From: Planctomycetota bacterium
GTDB taxonomy: Bacteria > Planctomycetota > UBA11346
Assembly (NCBI GenBank): GCA_014193115.1
Contig: BJHQ01000005.1
Coordinates: 50,982 to 114,981, forward strand
DNA: 64,000 nt
Direction of reading: 5' to 3'
How positions within the stretch are numbered: the first letter of the stretch is position 1; each line of letters begins with the position of its first letter. The notes beneath the pieces are model-generated. The model searched no databases. It was given only the letters and a program-made list of their open reading frames with translations, and was not told where the DNA came from. A program made the translations under genes and the position numbers. This document shows positions 47,301-59,637 of the stretch, piece by piece.

Positions 47301-47340
47301 CACCACCCCGCCTTTGGCAAGGCGGGGTGGTGCTTTTTTG
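47301..47340 (+). terminator. Rho-independent terminator
   Basis: 12-bp GC-rich stem CACCACCCCGCC / GGCGGGGTGGTG with loop TTTGGCAA, followed by CTTTTTTG. It lies 22 bp after the stop codon of the FGE-domain gene. Confidence 0.8.
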
Positions 47341-47344
47341 CGAG

Positions 47345-48700
47345 ATGCTCATGCGATTCCTTGTTTTGCTGCTGCTTTCGGCACCGGTTTTCGCCGCCGT
47401 CAGTCCGACGGTGACGATCACTGCGCCGACGTCGAGTGGTGACTATTACGCGAATAACGGGAATCCCATCGTCATTTCAGGCACAGCGGGCCATTCGTCT
47501 GGCATCAGCTCGGTGACGTGGTCGATCACCGGCGGCGCGGTGGTACAGACAGGTACCGCCGCGGGTACGTCTTCGTGGTCCTTCACCTTTACGCCATTTG
47601 CGTATTCGGCAGTTCGTTCCCATACCACGTCACGTTTCTACTCGGTGCAGATCATCGCAACGGCCACTGACGCATCGACCACGGTGGCGACCCTGAATGT
47701 GACCTTGGAGGACATCCTACCCGAACTGGCCATTGAAGTTCCAACGGCTGGTTTGGTGGCGCAGGTCCGATCAGGCGCTCCACTGACCGTATCTGGTCGG
47801 GTGACCGATAATACAGGCATCCAATCGGTGCTCTGGGCCACCACCGGCGCGCTCGTGGCGAACGGGGCGGCGACTGTTTCGACCGGTTTTTCCTTTGACT
47901 TGCCAAGCCTGCCGGCTGGTCAAATCGACCTGGCCGTCACCGCCCGCGACTTGGCCGGGAATGTCACCGTCAAGACCTTGTCGATCCAGGCTGATGGAGC
48001 CGATCCCAGTCTGATCATCACAGCGCCGGCCGCGACCGGTGCGGTGAACGTGGCGACTGCCACGCCGACGGTCAGCGGGACGGCCAATGATAATTTCGGA
48101 CTTTTCCAGGTGACTTGGGCGATGACTGGTGCCTCGACCGGAACGGGTACGGCCTCGGGTCTGTCAGTTTGGTCGTTCACGCCGACCTTGAATTTTGGTA
48201 GCACGATCGTCTCCGTCACCGCCGTGGACATCGTCGGCCGGACCACTGTTCGCCAGGTGACCTTGGTGTATGTGGTTGGAGCACCAGTCTTGAACGTGAG
48301 CAGTCCTGCAACCACCACCGTGTCGGTCACTACCGGAGCGTCTTTGCCAGTGAGCGGGACCGCAAGTGATCCGGACGGACTCGTCTCAGTCCGCTGGCAG
48401 GTGACAGGATCGACAACCGGTTCAGGAACTGCCGCTGGGACCACCAGCTGGTCATTCACCTCGCCCAGCTTCGCTGTCGGAGTGTCGACTGTGAGCGTGA
48501 CCGCGCTGGATGCCACTGGCGCTACGTCCGCTGCGGTGTTCCAGGTCACCGCCACCGATGCTGGTGGCGGAATGGGTGGTGGAGGCAGCAGTGGTGGAGG
48601 TGGAGGTGGCGGAGGCTGTGGAGTCGGCTTGGGCGGCCTGTCGGCGCTGATCGGCCTCGCGTTTTTCCTGGACTCGTTGGCCAAGCGTCGTCGGGGTTGA
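47345..48700 (+). CDS. Secreted Ig-like repeat protein with a MYXO-CTERM-like C-terminal sorting tag
   Basis: Signal peptide MLMRFLVLLLLSAPVFAAV. Repeated ~95-aa Ig-like modules (TA.D..GN.....L.I). C-terminus GGGGCGVGLGGLSALIGLAFFLDSLAKRRRG. Confidence 0.7.
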   Translation: MLMRFLVLLLLSAPVFAAVSPTVTITAPTSSGDYYANNGNPIVISGTAGHSSGISSVTWSITGGAVVQTGTAAGTSSWSFTFTPFAYSAVRSHTTSRFYSVQIIATATDASTTVATLNVTLEDILPELAIEVPTAGLVAQVRSGAPLTVSGRVTDNTGIQSVLWATTGALVANGAATVSTGFSFDLPSLPAGQIDLAVTARDLAGNVTVKTLSIQADGADPSLIITAPAATGAVNVATATPTVSGTANDNFGLFQVTWAMTGASTGTGTASGLSVWSFTPTLNFGSTIVSVTAVDIVGRTTVRQVTLVYVVGAPVLNVSSPATTTVSVTTGASLPVSGTASDPDGLVSVRWQVTGSTTGSGTAAGTTSWSFTSPSFAVGVSTVSVTALDATGATSAAVFQVTATDAGGGMGGGGSSGGGGGGGGCGVGLGGLSALIGLAFFLDSLAKRRRG

Positions 48701-48745
48701 CTCGGGACCATCCACCTGGGTGATTGGCACCTCCCCATCGTTCCG

Positions 48746-49276
48746 GTGGCGGATCGGAGCCCGTCGATGATGTCCCGTTCGCTGCTGGGTGTGTTCGTTG
48801 GGTTCCTGGTTGGTTGTGGAGGCCGCGCCGAGTCCAGTCCTCAGGGGCCTGACCCAGCCCGATCACCAGACGCCACTCAAACTGCAACAGGCGCTGGACA
48901 GGCTACGCAGTCTCCCTCGGCTCCAACATCGCTTGAGGTAAAATCTGAGGTGTCAGGAGATAAAGGATCCGCTGAGTCCGCTCCCACGGCAGCCGAGCCT
49001 GCCGATCAGACAAAGACCGATGCAAGGACGGACGGAGAAACGAAGACCCCAGACGGTGAAACGCTGGTGGTCGAGAGCCCAGAACAGCGCAAGGCGCGAG
49101 AAACCGCCGAGCGGAAAAAGGCAGTCAATCGCCTGCTTGAGGATATGCGTGATGAATTGCGTCAGGACCTCGGGCAGGCCGATCAGGCACCGGCTGGCCA
49201 AGGGAATCCCGACCGGAAGACAACGTCACCGACGGCGGTTCCAGTGCAGGGGGCTCAGCCTGATACGCAGAAATGA
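48746..49276 (+). CDS. Hypothetical lipoprotein, low complexity (Thr/Ala/Glu/Lys-rich)
   Basis: Lipobox LVGCGG. No recognisable domain. Confidence 0.5.
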   Translation: MADRSPSMMSRSLLGVFVGFLVGCGGRAESSPQGPDPARSPDATQTATGAGQATQSPSAPTSLEVKSEVSGDKGSAESAPTAAEPADQTKTDARTDGETKTPDGETLVVESPEQRKARETAERKKAVNRLLEDMRDELRQDLGQADQAPAGQGNPDRKTTSPTAVPVQGAQPDTQK

Positions 49277-49694
49277 CGGCGAGATCCGCCGAATTCCGGT
49301 CGCGGCCATGATGTCCTGAAGTTGCAATAGCCCGACTCAGACAATCGGCTGGGCCGCGCCGGGCGCCATGAGGCTTCTGAAAATCCTGGAAGACGCTTCG
49401 CTTGCTGGAAGTCCCACCGGAGGCGGATGGTGCTTTCCGGAACCTGCCACCGATCGCCGCTGCTAAGCCCGCTCTGTGCTGAGTCCTGAGCGCTGGGCGT
49501 TGAGGCAATTTGGCGGTTTGCCATCAGCGATCAGCGGGATCACGATCCTCCGGCGATTGTGACCAGTGAGCGCGGCTCAAAACGGTGCCTGGATTCACTC
49601 ACTGGATCCTCGGCCCTGCAATGCAGAAGCAGAGGATTGGTCTCTGGACAATCGGTCTATCTAGTGTATTGTGACACTCATACACACGACACCT

Positions 49695-50081
49695 ATGGCC
49701 ACCCTCCTCTTCGCCGTCGATCCCCAGCGCGGCGTCCCGATCTACCGGCAGCTGGTCGATCAGGTCATCCACCTGATTGCTGCCGGCCAATTGGCTCCCG
49801 GATCGCTGCTGCCCTCGGTACGCGAGTTGTCCGCCAGCCTGCGGGTCAACGCCATGACCGTGTCCAAAGCGTGGGCGGAACTGGCCAGGCTCGGCGTGGT
49901 CGAGTCCGAACGCGGCACCGGCATGCGGGTTGCCGCGCCTCGCGAATCGGCTGCGGTCCGGCTGCGCCGGCTCGATCCCCTGCTTGACCAAGTGGCCGAA
50001 ACCGCGCGCAGGCTCGACCTGGCGCCAGCTGCCGTGGCCGATCGGCTGAGGTCCCGATTGGAACGAGGCAGCAGCTCGTGA
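49695..50081 (+). CDS. GntR-family transcriptional regulator (short YtrA-like subfamily)
   Basis: Winged HTH PIYRQLVDQVIHLIAAGQLAPGSLLPSVRELSASLRVNAMTVSKAWAELARLGVVESERGTGMRV with a short C-terminus. Its stop overlaps the start of an ABC ATPase gene. Confidence 0.75.
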   Translation: MATLLFAVDPQRGVPIYRQLVDQVIHLIAAGQLAPGSLLPSVRELSASLRVNAMTVSKAWAELARLGVVESERGTGMRVAAPRESAAVRLRRLDPLLDQVAETARRLDLAPAAVADRLRSRLERGSSS

Positions 50082-50989
50082 TCTCCCTTGCCAGCCAGAT
50101 CTCCCAGGAGCCGATCGTGACCGACCCCATCATCTCCATCCGTGGCGCGACCAAGCGCTTTGGCCGCAAGGCAGCCCTCGACGGCGTCGATGTTGACCTG
50201 CCGGCTGGATCGGTGACCGGTCTGGTGGGCGTGAACGGTTCGGGCAAATCGACCTTGCTTCATGCCCTGGTCGGTCTGATCCGTCTCGACGCTGGCAGTT
50301 GCCGGATCCGCGATGCGGACTCGGCGAACCTGCCGCCTGAGATCAAGGCCGATCTCGGCTGGGCGCCGCAGAAACCTGATCTGCTCGGCCATTTGCGGGT
50401 GCGGGATCTGCTGAGCTTTACTGCAACCTTTTATCGCGGCTGGGACAACAGCCTGGCAGCGGATCTGCTCCACCGCTTCGAGCTCGATCCGCTGGTCCGT
50501 GCGGCTTCGCTGTCGCTCGGCCAGCAACAGCGTCTGGCGCTGGTCCTCGCCTTGGCCCATCGGCCGAGTGTGCTGGTGCTCGACGAACCCGCCGCGTCCC
50601 TCGATCCGCTGGCCAGGCGCGAAGCGTTGGCGGAATTGACCCGCGCCGCCGCCGACGGCGCCACGATCCTGATCAGTACGCATCTGGTGAGCGACCTGGC
50701 CCGGCTCGCGGATCGCCTGGTCATCCTCGACCGCGGCCGGGTGCGCTGGACCGGAGCTGTGGATGACCTCCTGGAAAGCACCAAACGACTGCGGTTGCAT
50801 CGGGCTGAGGGAGTGCCCGTCGACCTGGTGCTGCCCGGTCAACGGCATCGCCAAACGGATGGCGCCCATGCCCAGATCACCGTCCATGGCGATGTCGCGG
50901 CGGCCATGGCCATTGCCCGATCGGCTGGGTGCGATGTGACTGTGGATGACCTCGGGCTTGAGGATGCCGTGCTTGAGGTGGTCAAATGA
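50078..50989 (+). CDS. ABC transporter ATP-binding protein (ABC-2/YtrB-like)
   Basis: Walker A GVNGSGKST, signature LSLGQQQRL, Walker B VLVLDEP. Confidence 0.8.
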   Translation: MISLASQISQEPIVTDPIISIRGATKRFGRKAALDGVDVDLPAGSVTGLVGVNGSGKSTLLHALVGLIRLDAGSCRIRDADSANLPPEIKADLGWAPQKPDLLGHLRVRDLLSFTATFYRGWDNSLAADLLHRFELDPLVRAASLSLGQQQRLALVLALAHRPSVLVLDEPAASLDPLARREALAELTRAAADGATILISTHLVSDLARLADRLVILDRGRVRWTGAVDDLLESTKRLRLHRAEGVPVDLVLPGQRHRQTDGAHAQITVHGDVAAAMAIARSAGCDVTVDDLGLEDAVLEVVK

Positions 50990-52431
50990 AAGCCACGTCG
51001 ATCAAGTTGATCGAGGCGCCCTCCAGGTGGGGAGTGAGCGCCGGCCAAGTCGGCTGTTTGCTGCGGGCAGGGCTGATGCGCTGGTCGACTCTCGGGATCC
51101 TGGCAATCACACTCGTCCTGGTATTGCCCCTTGCCATGGCAATGCTTGGGAAAAAATCACCGGATTCTTTTTCTCGCAACCTATTTCTCAGTCAATTCGC
51201 ACTGTGGGCGGCCATCCTGATCCAGCTCCATATTTTCCTGTTTCTGCAGACTGGTCGTCACCAGCGGGTTCTGCTCATGCCCGCAGGCCCGATGGCGAGT
51301 GCATGGATCTTGACGGTGGGTCTACCGCTTGCCGTCGCCGCAGCCGCGGTTGGCCTGGGTGCTTTCAGCACCTGGTCGTGGAATGCCGTCCTGACCGCGG
51401 CACTCTGTATGCTGGCGATACTTGCGTGGAAGACCCGTCCTGGCAGTTCGTCGGCGGCCCAGGTTGGCGCGGGGCTGTTGCTGATGGTCCTGGGATATCA
51501 AGGAACCTTGCATGAGGTGATTCTGCCGATGCTGGCTCATCCGCCGGTTGAAGCGACCATCGCTGCCGCGGTCGCGGCGGCCTGGCAGCTGATTGCTCTG
51601 CACCTCGCGATCCGCCACCACCCGGTGATAGCAAAGTCAGCCGGGTCGCGGTGGTGGGACCGATCCGGATGGGCGATCCGCTGGAGGACTGCGCCAGCAT
51701 CTGGAACTTCCGTGACCACTGTGGCTGACCTGTTCAGACACACGCTGAACCTGCGTCGAGCCATGTTCGGATCCTGGTGGTGGGTGCCGCTCGGTGGCAT
51801 CACGGTGCTTGCCTTCACGGCCTTGATCGATTGGTTGACCGGGAGCGGAACCGGTGGTCGATCGCTTCCGAAATTTCCCCTGCTCGCAGTATTCGGTATC
51901 ATGGGCGCCGTGGGGTGCCAGGCCATCGCTTCGACGCCGGTTCTGCTTCGCCGCCTTTCCACCTGGCCGCTGTCCCGCGCATCAACTCTGGCCTGCGTCT
52001 GGTCAGCAACGGCGATTTCCAGTGTGTGGACCCTGGGAATCTTCGTTGCGCTCGCCTACCTCACCCACGTTCCCTTCTGGTTAGCGGGAAAAGCGTCCCA
52101 CGAAACCAACCTGCTGATAGCTCTGGCTTTTTCGGTTCCGTGCTGCCTCGTGGCCTGCGCGGGAGTCATCCGCATTCTGGAACTGATGCCGTGGCCGATC
52201 GTGCGAGGGCTATCGGTAGCGACTGTGTTCTTCGGATCGCTTTCTCCCGTGTTTTTCCTGAGGCCCAATTCCGGCATGGTCACAGGGGTTTCGCAGTGGA
52301 TGCTGCTTGCTGGCGGCTACGCCGTGATCGCTGTGATCACGCATGTACTCGCCTGGAAGTGGTGGCTGCGGGCCGATCTCGACGCTGCCAGCCGGGGCGC
52401 CGACGATCTGGTCACTCCGCAGACCGGTTGA
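50986..52431 (+). CDS. Polytopic membrane protein (ABC-2-type permease-like) of the GntR-ABC operon
   Basis: At least 10 predicted hydrophobic helices. Start/stop overlaps link it to the ATPase gene. Confidence 0.6.
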   Translation: MKATSIKLIEAPSRWGVSAGQVGCLLRAGLMRWSTLGILAITLVLVLPLAMAMLGKKSPDSFSRNLFLSQFALWAAILIQLHIFLFLQTGRHQRVLLMPAGPMASAWILTVGLPLAVAAAAVGLGAFSTWSWNAVLTAALCMLAILAWKTRPGSSSAAQVGAGLLLMVLGYQGTLHEVILPMLAHPPVEATIAAAVAAAWQLIALHLAIRHHPVIAKSAGSRWWDRSGWAIRWRTAPASGTSVTTVADLFRHTLNLRRAMFGSWWWVPLGGITVLAFTALIDWLTGSGTGGRSLPKFPLLAVFGIMGAVGCQAIASTPVLLRRLSTWPLSRASTLACVWSATAISSVWTLGIFVALAYLTHVPFWLAGKASHETNLLIALAFSVPCCLVACAGVIRILELMPWPIVRGLSVATVFFGSLSPVFFLRPNSGMVTGVSQWMLLAGGYAVIAVITHVLAWKWWLRADLDAASRGADDLVTPQTG

Positions 52432-52484
52432 TCCATGGTTTGATCGACCGTTTTGCGTCAGCGACCCGGCGGCAAGCTCGTACC

Positions 52485-54131
52485 ATGGTCACCATGACGC
52501 TCCGTTCCCACATCGCCCTCGCCTTGTGCCTGCTGTGCCATCTCGGCGCGTCCGATCTCTTCCAATACCGGCTGACTCTGGCGCCAGAGCCGATTCCAGA
52601 ATCCGTTGGCAGTGCGACCGCTGCCGCAGCTTTGCAGGCAGCGAACGAAAAGACCTACCGTGCCTGGCTGTGGCTGCCCGAAGCCAGTGAGAAAATCCGC
52701 GGGGTGGTCTTGTCATCGTGGATCATGGATCCATGGAACGATGATGGGATCCGTGCTGCTTTGGCCGGTGCCGATCTCGGCATCGTTTGCATCGATCCGC
52801 ATTTCGACACGACCTGGGAAAATGCCGAAGGCGCCAGCAGCAAACGCTTCGAACGCATGATGCGGGATCTCGCCGCCCTTTCCGGCCATCCCGAGCTGGC
52901 CGCTGCACCGGTGCTGCCGGTGGGCCATTCGGTGGGTACGTTGTTCGCCAGTCGTTTCCCCTACGCCCACCCCGAGCGCTGCTTCGGCGCCATCACCTTC
53001 AAAGGCGGCTTCTGCCTGAATGATGACCAGCCAGCCAAGGTGGTCGGCATCCCCTGGCTGCACATCCAAGGCCAGTTCGAGGAGTTCGGCCCCGGACCGA
53101 GCGGCGTGCTGCGCGAAAACGAAGACCGCAGCACCGGCGCCCATACTGCGATGACCTCTCAGCTCGCCCACCGCGCCAAACATCCTGGATTGCTCCTCGG
53201 GCTGCTGGTCGATCCCGGCACCACCCACATGTGCTGGAATCCGCAGACCTATGCCGTGGTCGCCAGGCATATCATCACCGCCGCCAAGCTGCGCATCGCC
53301 GCCGATGGCAGCCTGCGGCCGGTGGCGGTGGCCGAGGGCGCCTTCGGTTCTGGCGATGTCTTCCATCCAGGCACTCCGCTGCTGGCCAAGGATGCTCCTG
53401 AAAAGAATGCCGGTTCATTCTGGTACGGCGACTTGGACATCGCCCAGGAGGTCACCCGGCTGCACCAGCTTACCGGCAAGAAAACTCAGTTCGTCGCTCT
53501 GGCGGACGCCAAGGGCAAGCCGGTGGATGTCGGCCATGACCTGCGGCTCAAGTTCACCCCGGCATTCGATGGCCCGGACACGTTCACCCTCGTCGGCGCA
53601 TTCGTCACCGACAAGATTCCCAAGAAGTTTCCTGCGGAAGCACTGCCCATCGGCCACGCCGACGGGCCGATCCGCTTCCGTACCGGCCGGTCCACCAGCC
53701 GGGCGCTGACCCAGATCGATGCCGATACGTTCCGCCTCGGCTGGGATGGACGTGGCCAAGGCATGATCCTGGCCTGGCATCCGGGTGATGGCACCTATCG
53801 CCCGGCCGAGCAGCCGGCGCGGCTGATGCTGCCGGATCTCAAAGGCGCGACCGCCCAGACCATCGCTTGGGAACCCGCAACCACTATCACCGCAGCGCAA
53901 TTGCCGTTGGTTCTGACCGCGACCGCAAGCAGCGGACTGACTGTGCGCTTCGCTGTCGTCTACGGTCCGGCGGTCATCGATGAGCAGGGTCGCCTGGCCT
54001 TGGCCGAGGTCCCGCGCAACGCACCTTGGCCACTGTCCATCGAGGTTGGCGCCTTCCAGGTCGGCAGCTATGTCGCGCCGCTGGTGGCAAAGGCTGAACC
54101 GGTGGTGAAGACCTTCGTCGTCACGAAATGA
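52485..54131 (+). CDS. Secreted alpha/beta-hydrolase-like protein (GHSxG nucleophile elbow) with a long C-terminal domain
   Basis: Signal peptide MVTMTLRSHIALALCLLCHLGA. Nucleophile-elbow motif VGHSVGT. Confidence 0.5.
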   Translation: MVTMTLRSHIALALCLLCHLGASDLFQYRLTLAPEPIPESVGSATAAAALQAANEKTYRAWLWLPEASEKIRGVVLSSWIMDPWNDDGIRAALAGADLGIVCIDPHFDTTWENAEGASSKRFERMMRDLAALSGHPELAAAPVLPVGHSVGTLFASRFPYAHPERCFGAITFKGGFCLNDDQPAKVVGIPWLHIQGQFEEFGPGPSGVLRENEDRSTGAHTAMTSQLAHRAKHPGLLLGLLVDPGTTHMCWNPQTYAVVARHIITAAKLRIAADGSLRPVAVAEGAFGSGDVFHPGTPLLAKDAPEKNAGSFWYGDLDIAQEVTRLHQLTGKKTQFVALADAKGKPVDVGHDLRLKFTPAFDGPDTFTLVGAFVTDKIPKKFPAEALPIGHADGPIRFRTGRSTSRALTQIDADTFRLGWDGRGQGMILAWHPGDGTYRPAEQPARLMLPDLKGATAQTIAWEPATTITAAQLPLVLTATASSGLTVRFAVVYGPAVIDEQGRLALAEVPRNAPWPLSIEVGAFQVGSYVAPLVAKAEPVVKTFVVTK

Positions 54132-54221
54132 GGCGACCTTCAGCGACTGCCGCGCAGCTTCGTTGCATGTTGGCGGAATCCCGCCGTTTTTTGCAGCGGA
54201 CCGCTGGCGAGTGCCGGTCCA

Positions 54222-54956
54222 TTATCCGATCAGCCGGCGAAGCCGACGTTGGCATTCGCCGTGCGCAAAGGTTTCGGCGAACAGGTCGGCTTCGGCGGTG
54301 CTGTCGATGGAACCATGGCGGTCCAGACGCAGGCTGCGGATCGCCTCGATTCCAGACGCCGGCCAGTCGCGGTGGCGTCGGGCGATGTTCAAGGCGTCAT
54401 CGAGCTCATCGATCACTTCGTTGACCAGGCCGAGTTCCAGCCCCTGGGCCGACGTGATGACCTCGCCGGCCAAGAACAGACGGGTGCTGACGCCCTGATC
54501 CATCCGGCACGCCAGCCGGCGCAGTCCGCCCAGGCACGGCATCAAGGCCAAAGGCAGGCCGGGCAATCCGAACCGGCCGGTGCGGGTGGCGACGATCAGG
54601 TCGCAGCCCAGTGCCAGCTCGAGTCCTGCGCCCAGGCAAAAGCCATCGACCGCGGCGATCGTCACCCCGGGCCAGCGCTCCAGGGCCGCCACTGCCTGAT
54701 GACCGAGCTGGCTGTACACGGTGGCCGACAAGGCGTCGAATCCGGCCAATTCGGGCAGATCACTGCCCACTGAGAAGACGCCGGTGGCGCCTTCGACCAG
54801 CAAAGGCACCGCCGGATGGTCGCGCCGATCCAGCACTTCGATCAGGCAAAGCAGGGTCGCGGTGTCGATGGCGTTCCAGCGGTCCGGCCGGTCCAGAGCC
54901 AGGCGCACCACGCCATCGACGTAATCCAGCGTCAAAGATTCGCCGGCCTCATGCAT
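54222..54956 (-). CDS. Enoyl-CoA hydratase/isomerase (crotonase) family protein
   Basis: VVRLALDRPDRWNAID...GVFSVGSDL...AAVDGFCLGAGLELALGCDLIVA is a crotonase-fold signature. Start chosen at MHEAGE, since the longer ORF extension is low-complexity. Confidence 0.7.
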   Translation of the reverse strand: MHEAGESLTLDYVDGVVRLALDRPDRWNAIDTATLLCLIEVLDRRDHPAVPLLVEGATGVFSVGSDLPELAGFDALSATVYSQLGHQAVAALERWPGVTIAAVDGFCLGAGLELALGCDLIVATRTGRFGLPGLPLALMPCLGGLRRLACRMDQGVSTRLFLAGEVITSAQGLELGLVNEVIDELDDALNIARRHRDWPASGIEAIRSLRLDRHGSIDSTAEADLFAETFAHGECQRRLRRLIG

Positions 54957-55086
54957 CGATCGGGCCTCCGCCTTATTATACGCTGGAAAAAGCTGGCCCG
55001 CCACGTTCGGCGGTGATGCCCGAGCTGCTAAACCCCGAGTGGCCGCCGCAGTTGCAGTGGCCGCACTCGGTCCCACCCTGGTACCG

Positions 55087-56139
55087 ATGGGCCTGTTCGA
55101 CCGTCTCCTGGCGCTGCTCAGCCTCGACCTGGGGATCGACCTGGGCACGGCGAACACCTTGGTGGCGGTGCAGGGCAAAGGCGTGGTGATCAGCGAGCCC
55201 AGCGTGGTCGCGGTGAAAAAAGGCACCAAACAGGTGCTGATGGATGGCAACGCCGTGGGCGATCAGGCCAAGATCATGCTTGGAAAGAATCCAGGCAATA
55301 TCGATGTGGTCAGGCCCCTGAAGGATGGCGTGATCAGCGATCTCGAAATCACCGAGGCGATGCTCTCGTATTTCATCCGGAAGGCGTGCGGACGGCGCAA
55401 GCCGTTCCGCCCGCGGCTGGTGATCGCGGTCCCGTCCGGCCTCAACGAAGTGGAAAAGGGCGCGGTCACCAACAGCGCGATGAACGCCGGCGCCCGCGAG
55501 GTCTTCCTGATCTCCCAGCCGATGGCGGCGGCGATCGGCGCCGGCCTGCCGGTGGCCGATCCGATCGGTTCGATGATCGTCGATATCGGTGGCGGCACGA
55601 CCGAGGTCGCGGTGATCTCGTTGGCCGGCATCGTCGCCAGCGAGTCCCAGCGGGTCGCCGGGGACGAACTGAACCTGTCGATCATCAAGTATTTGAAGGC
55701 CCAGTATTCGGTGGTGGTGGGCGAAAACACCGCCGAGTTGGTCAAGTGCAGCATCGGCTGCGCCGTGCCCCAGGCCGAAGACCAGCGGATGATGATCCGC
55801 GGCCGCGACCTGCGCACTGGCATGCCGCGGCAGATCGAAGTCTCCGCCAACGAAGTGATGGAAGCGATGCGGCCCTCGGTGCAACAGATCGTCACCAGCA
55901 TCCGCATGGTCTTGGAACGCACCCAGCCTGAACTCGCCGCTGACCTGATCGAGCGCGGCATCACCATGGCCGGCGGCACCAGCCAGCTGCGCGGACTCTG
56001 CGACCTGGTAGCCCAGGAAACCGGGTTGCCAGTGCGTCTGGCCAACGATCCGTTGACCTGCGTCGCCCGGGGCTGCGCCGCGTTGCTCGACAATCTCGAC
56101 GCGCTGAAGCAGATTCTCGAAACCGGCACCGAGCGCTGA
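55087..56139 (+). CDS. mreB: Rod shape-determining protein MreB
   Basis: LDLGIDLGTANTLVAV..EPSVVAV, DIGGGTTEVAVIS and MAGGTSQLRGL, which are actin-fold MreB motifs. Confidence 0.85.
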   Translation: MGLFDRLLALLSLDLGIDLGTANTLVAVQGKGVVISEPSVVAVKKGTKQVLMDGNAVGDQAKIMLGKNPGNIDVVRPLKDGVISDLEITEAMLSYFIRKACGRRKPFRPRLVIAVPSGLNEVEKGAVTNSAMNAGAREVFLISQPMAAAIGAGLPVADPIGSMIVDIGGGTTEVAVISLAGIVASESQRVAGDELNLSIIKYLKAQYSVVVGENTAELVKCSIGCAVPQAEDQRMMIRGRDLRTGMPRQIEVSANEVMEAMRPSVQQIVTSIRMVLERTQPELAADLIERGITMAGGTSQLRGLCDLVAQETGLPVRLANDPLTCVARGCAALLDNLDALKQILETGTER

Positions 56140-56201
56140 TCCCGGAAGCTGAGGCGGCGCCGTGCGCTTACCAGGGCGCCGGGTGATGTTCCAATACCGC
56201 C

Positions 56202-58376
<2,175 letters not shown>

Positions 58377-58564
58377 GGATGGTCCCCAGAAATGCACGGG
58401 ATGGTAGCCTGATCAAGGCCGGGTATTTCAGGGGATTTCAATGAAAATTGCAGGAGATCGGCCGCCTCAGAAGGGATTCGGCGCTCCAGGATTGGCAGCA
58501 TAATCTTCATCGGTCCTTCATTGAAGGGGTCCATGACGTGCGCAACACCCGTCCGGAGCACCTC

Positions 58565-59539
58565 ATGCCCTCCCCGACCCTCGCCAAGACTGTCTCCATC
58601 CTCGGTGCAGCACTGGCGTTCTCCGTCTCGACCGCCGCCGAAGGCGTGCAACTGGATCCGAAGCTGACCGCCTACACCCAGGTCAGCGGCATCTCGGGGA
58701 ATCTGAACAGCATCGGCTCGGATACGCTGAACAACCTGATGACGTTCTGGGCCGAAGGGTTCTCGACCATTTACCCCAATGTCAACATTGGCATCGAAGG
58801 CAAAGGCTCGTCCACCGCCCCGCCAGCGCTGATCCAGGGCACCGCCCAGTTCGGCCCGATGAGCCGCGAGATGAGCGCCAGCGAGATCGACCGCTTCGAA
58901 ACCAAGTTCGGCTATAAGCCCACCCAGATCCGGGTCGCCATCGACGCCTTGGCGGTATTCGTCCACAAGGACAACCCGATCACCGGACTCACCCTGCAAC
59001 AGATCGACGGCATCTTCTCCAGCAGCCGCAAGCGCGGCGGCAAGGATGTCTCCCTGTGGTCCGAACTCGGCTTGAAGGAATGGCAGGGCCGCTCGATGTC
59101 CCTCTATGGCCGTAACAGCGCCTCGGGGACGTACGGCTTCTTCAAAGAGATCGCCTTGGCCAAGGGCGATTACAAAGCGACCGTGAAGGAACAGCCGGGT
59201 TCCTCATCGGTGGTCCAGGGCGTCGCCAGCGACCTGAATGGCATCGGCTACTCGGGCATCGGCTATGTCACCGCCTCGGTGAAGGCCCTGCCGCTCGGCG
59301 AAAAGGCCGGTGAATTGGCTGCGCCCACCTATCAGAACTGCCTCGAAGGAACCTATCCGCTGGCCCGGTTCCTGTATGTCTACATCAACCGCAAACCCGG
59401 CCAGCCGATTGAACCCCTGACCCTGGAATTCATCAAGTTCATCCTGTCGAAGAACGGTCAGGAATCGGTCATTAAAGAGGGTTATTACCCCCTGACCGCC
59501 GAGATGGAAGCCGAAGAGCACGCCAAAGTCACCAAGTGA
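58565..59539 (+). CDS. pstS: Phosphate ABC transporter substrate-binding protein PstS
   Basis: Signal peptide, GSSTAP and ASGTYGFF segments. It is followed by pstC, pstA and pstB. Confidence 0.8.
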   Translation: MPSPTLAKTVSILGAALAFSVSTAAEGVQLDPKLTAYTQVSGISGNLNSIGSDTLNNLMTFWAEGFSTIYPNVNIGIEGKGSSTAPPALIQGTAQFGPMSREMSASEIDRFETKFGYKPTQIRVAIDALAVFVHKDNPITGLTLQQIDGIFSSSRKRGGKDVSLWSELGLKEWQGRSMSLYGRNSASGTYGFFKEIALAKGDYKATVKEQPGSSSVVQGVASDLNGIGYSGIGYVTASVKALPLGEKAGELAAPTYQNCLEGTYPLARFLYVYINRKPGQPIEPLTLEFIKFILSKNGQESVIKEGYYPLTAEMEAEEHAKVTK

Positions 59540-59637
59540 GGTGACGGCGTGGATCAGGACGATCTGCGCCCGGCGGAACTCTTCTTACCAACCGCCCCCG
59601 CCGCCCTGCGCGGCGGGGTCTAGCAAAGGCCCTGTCG

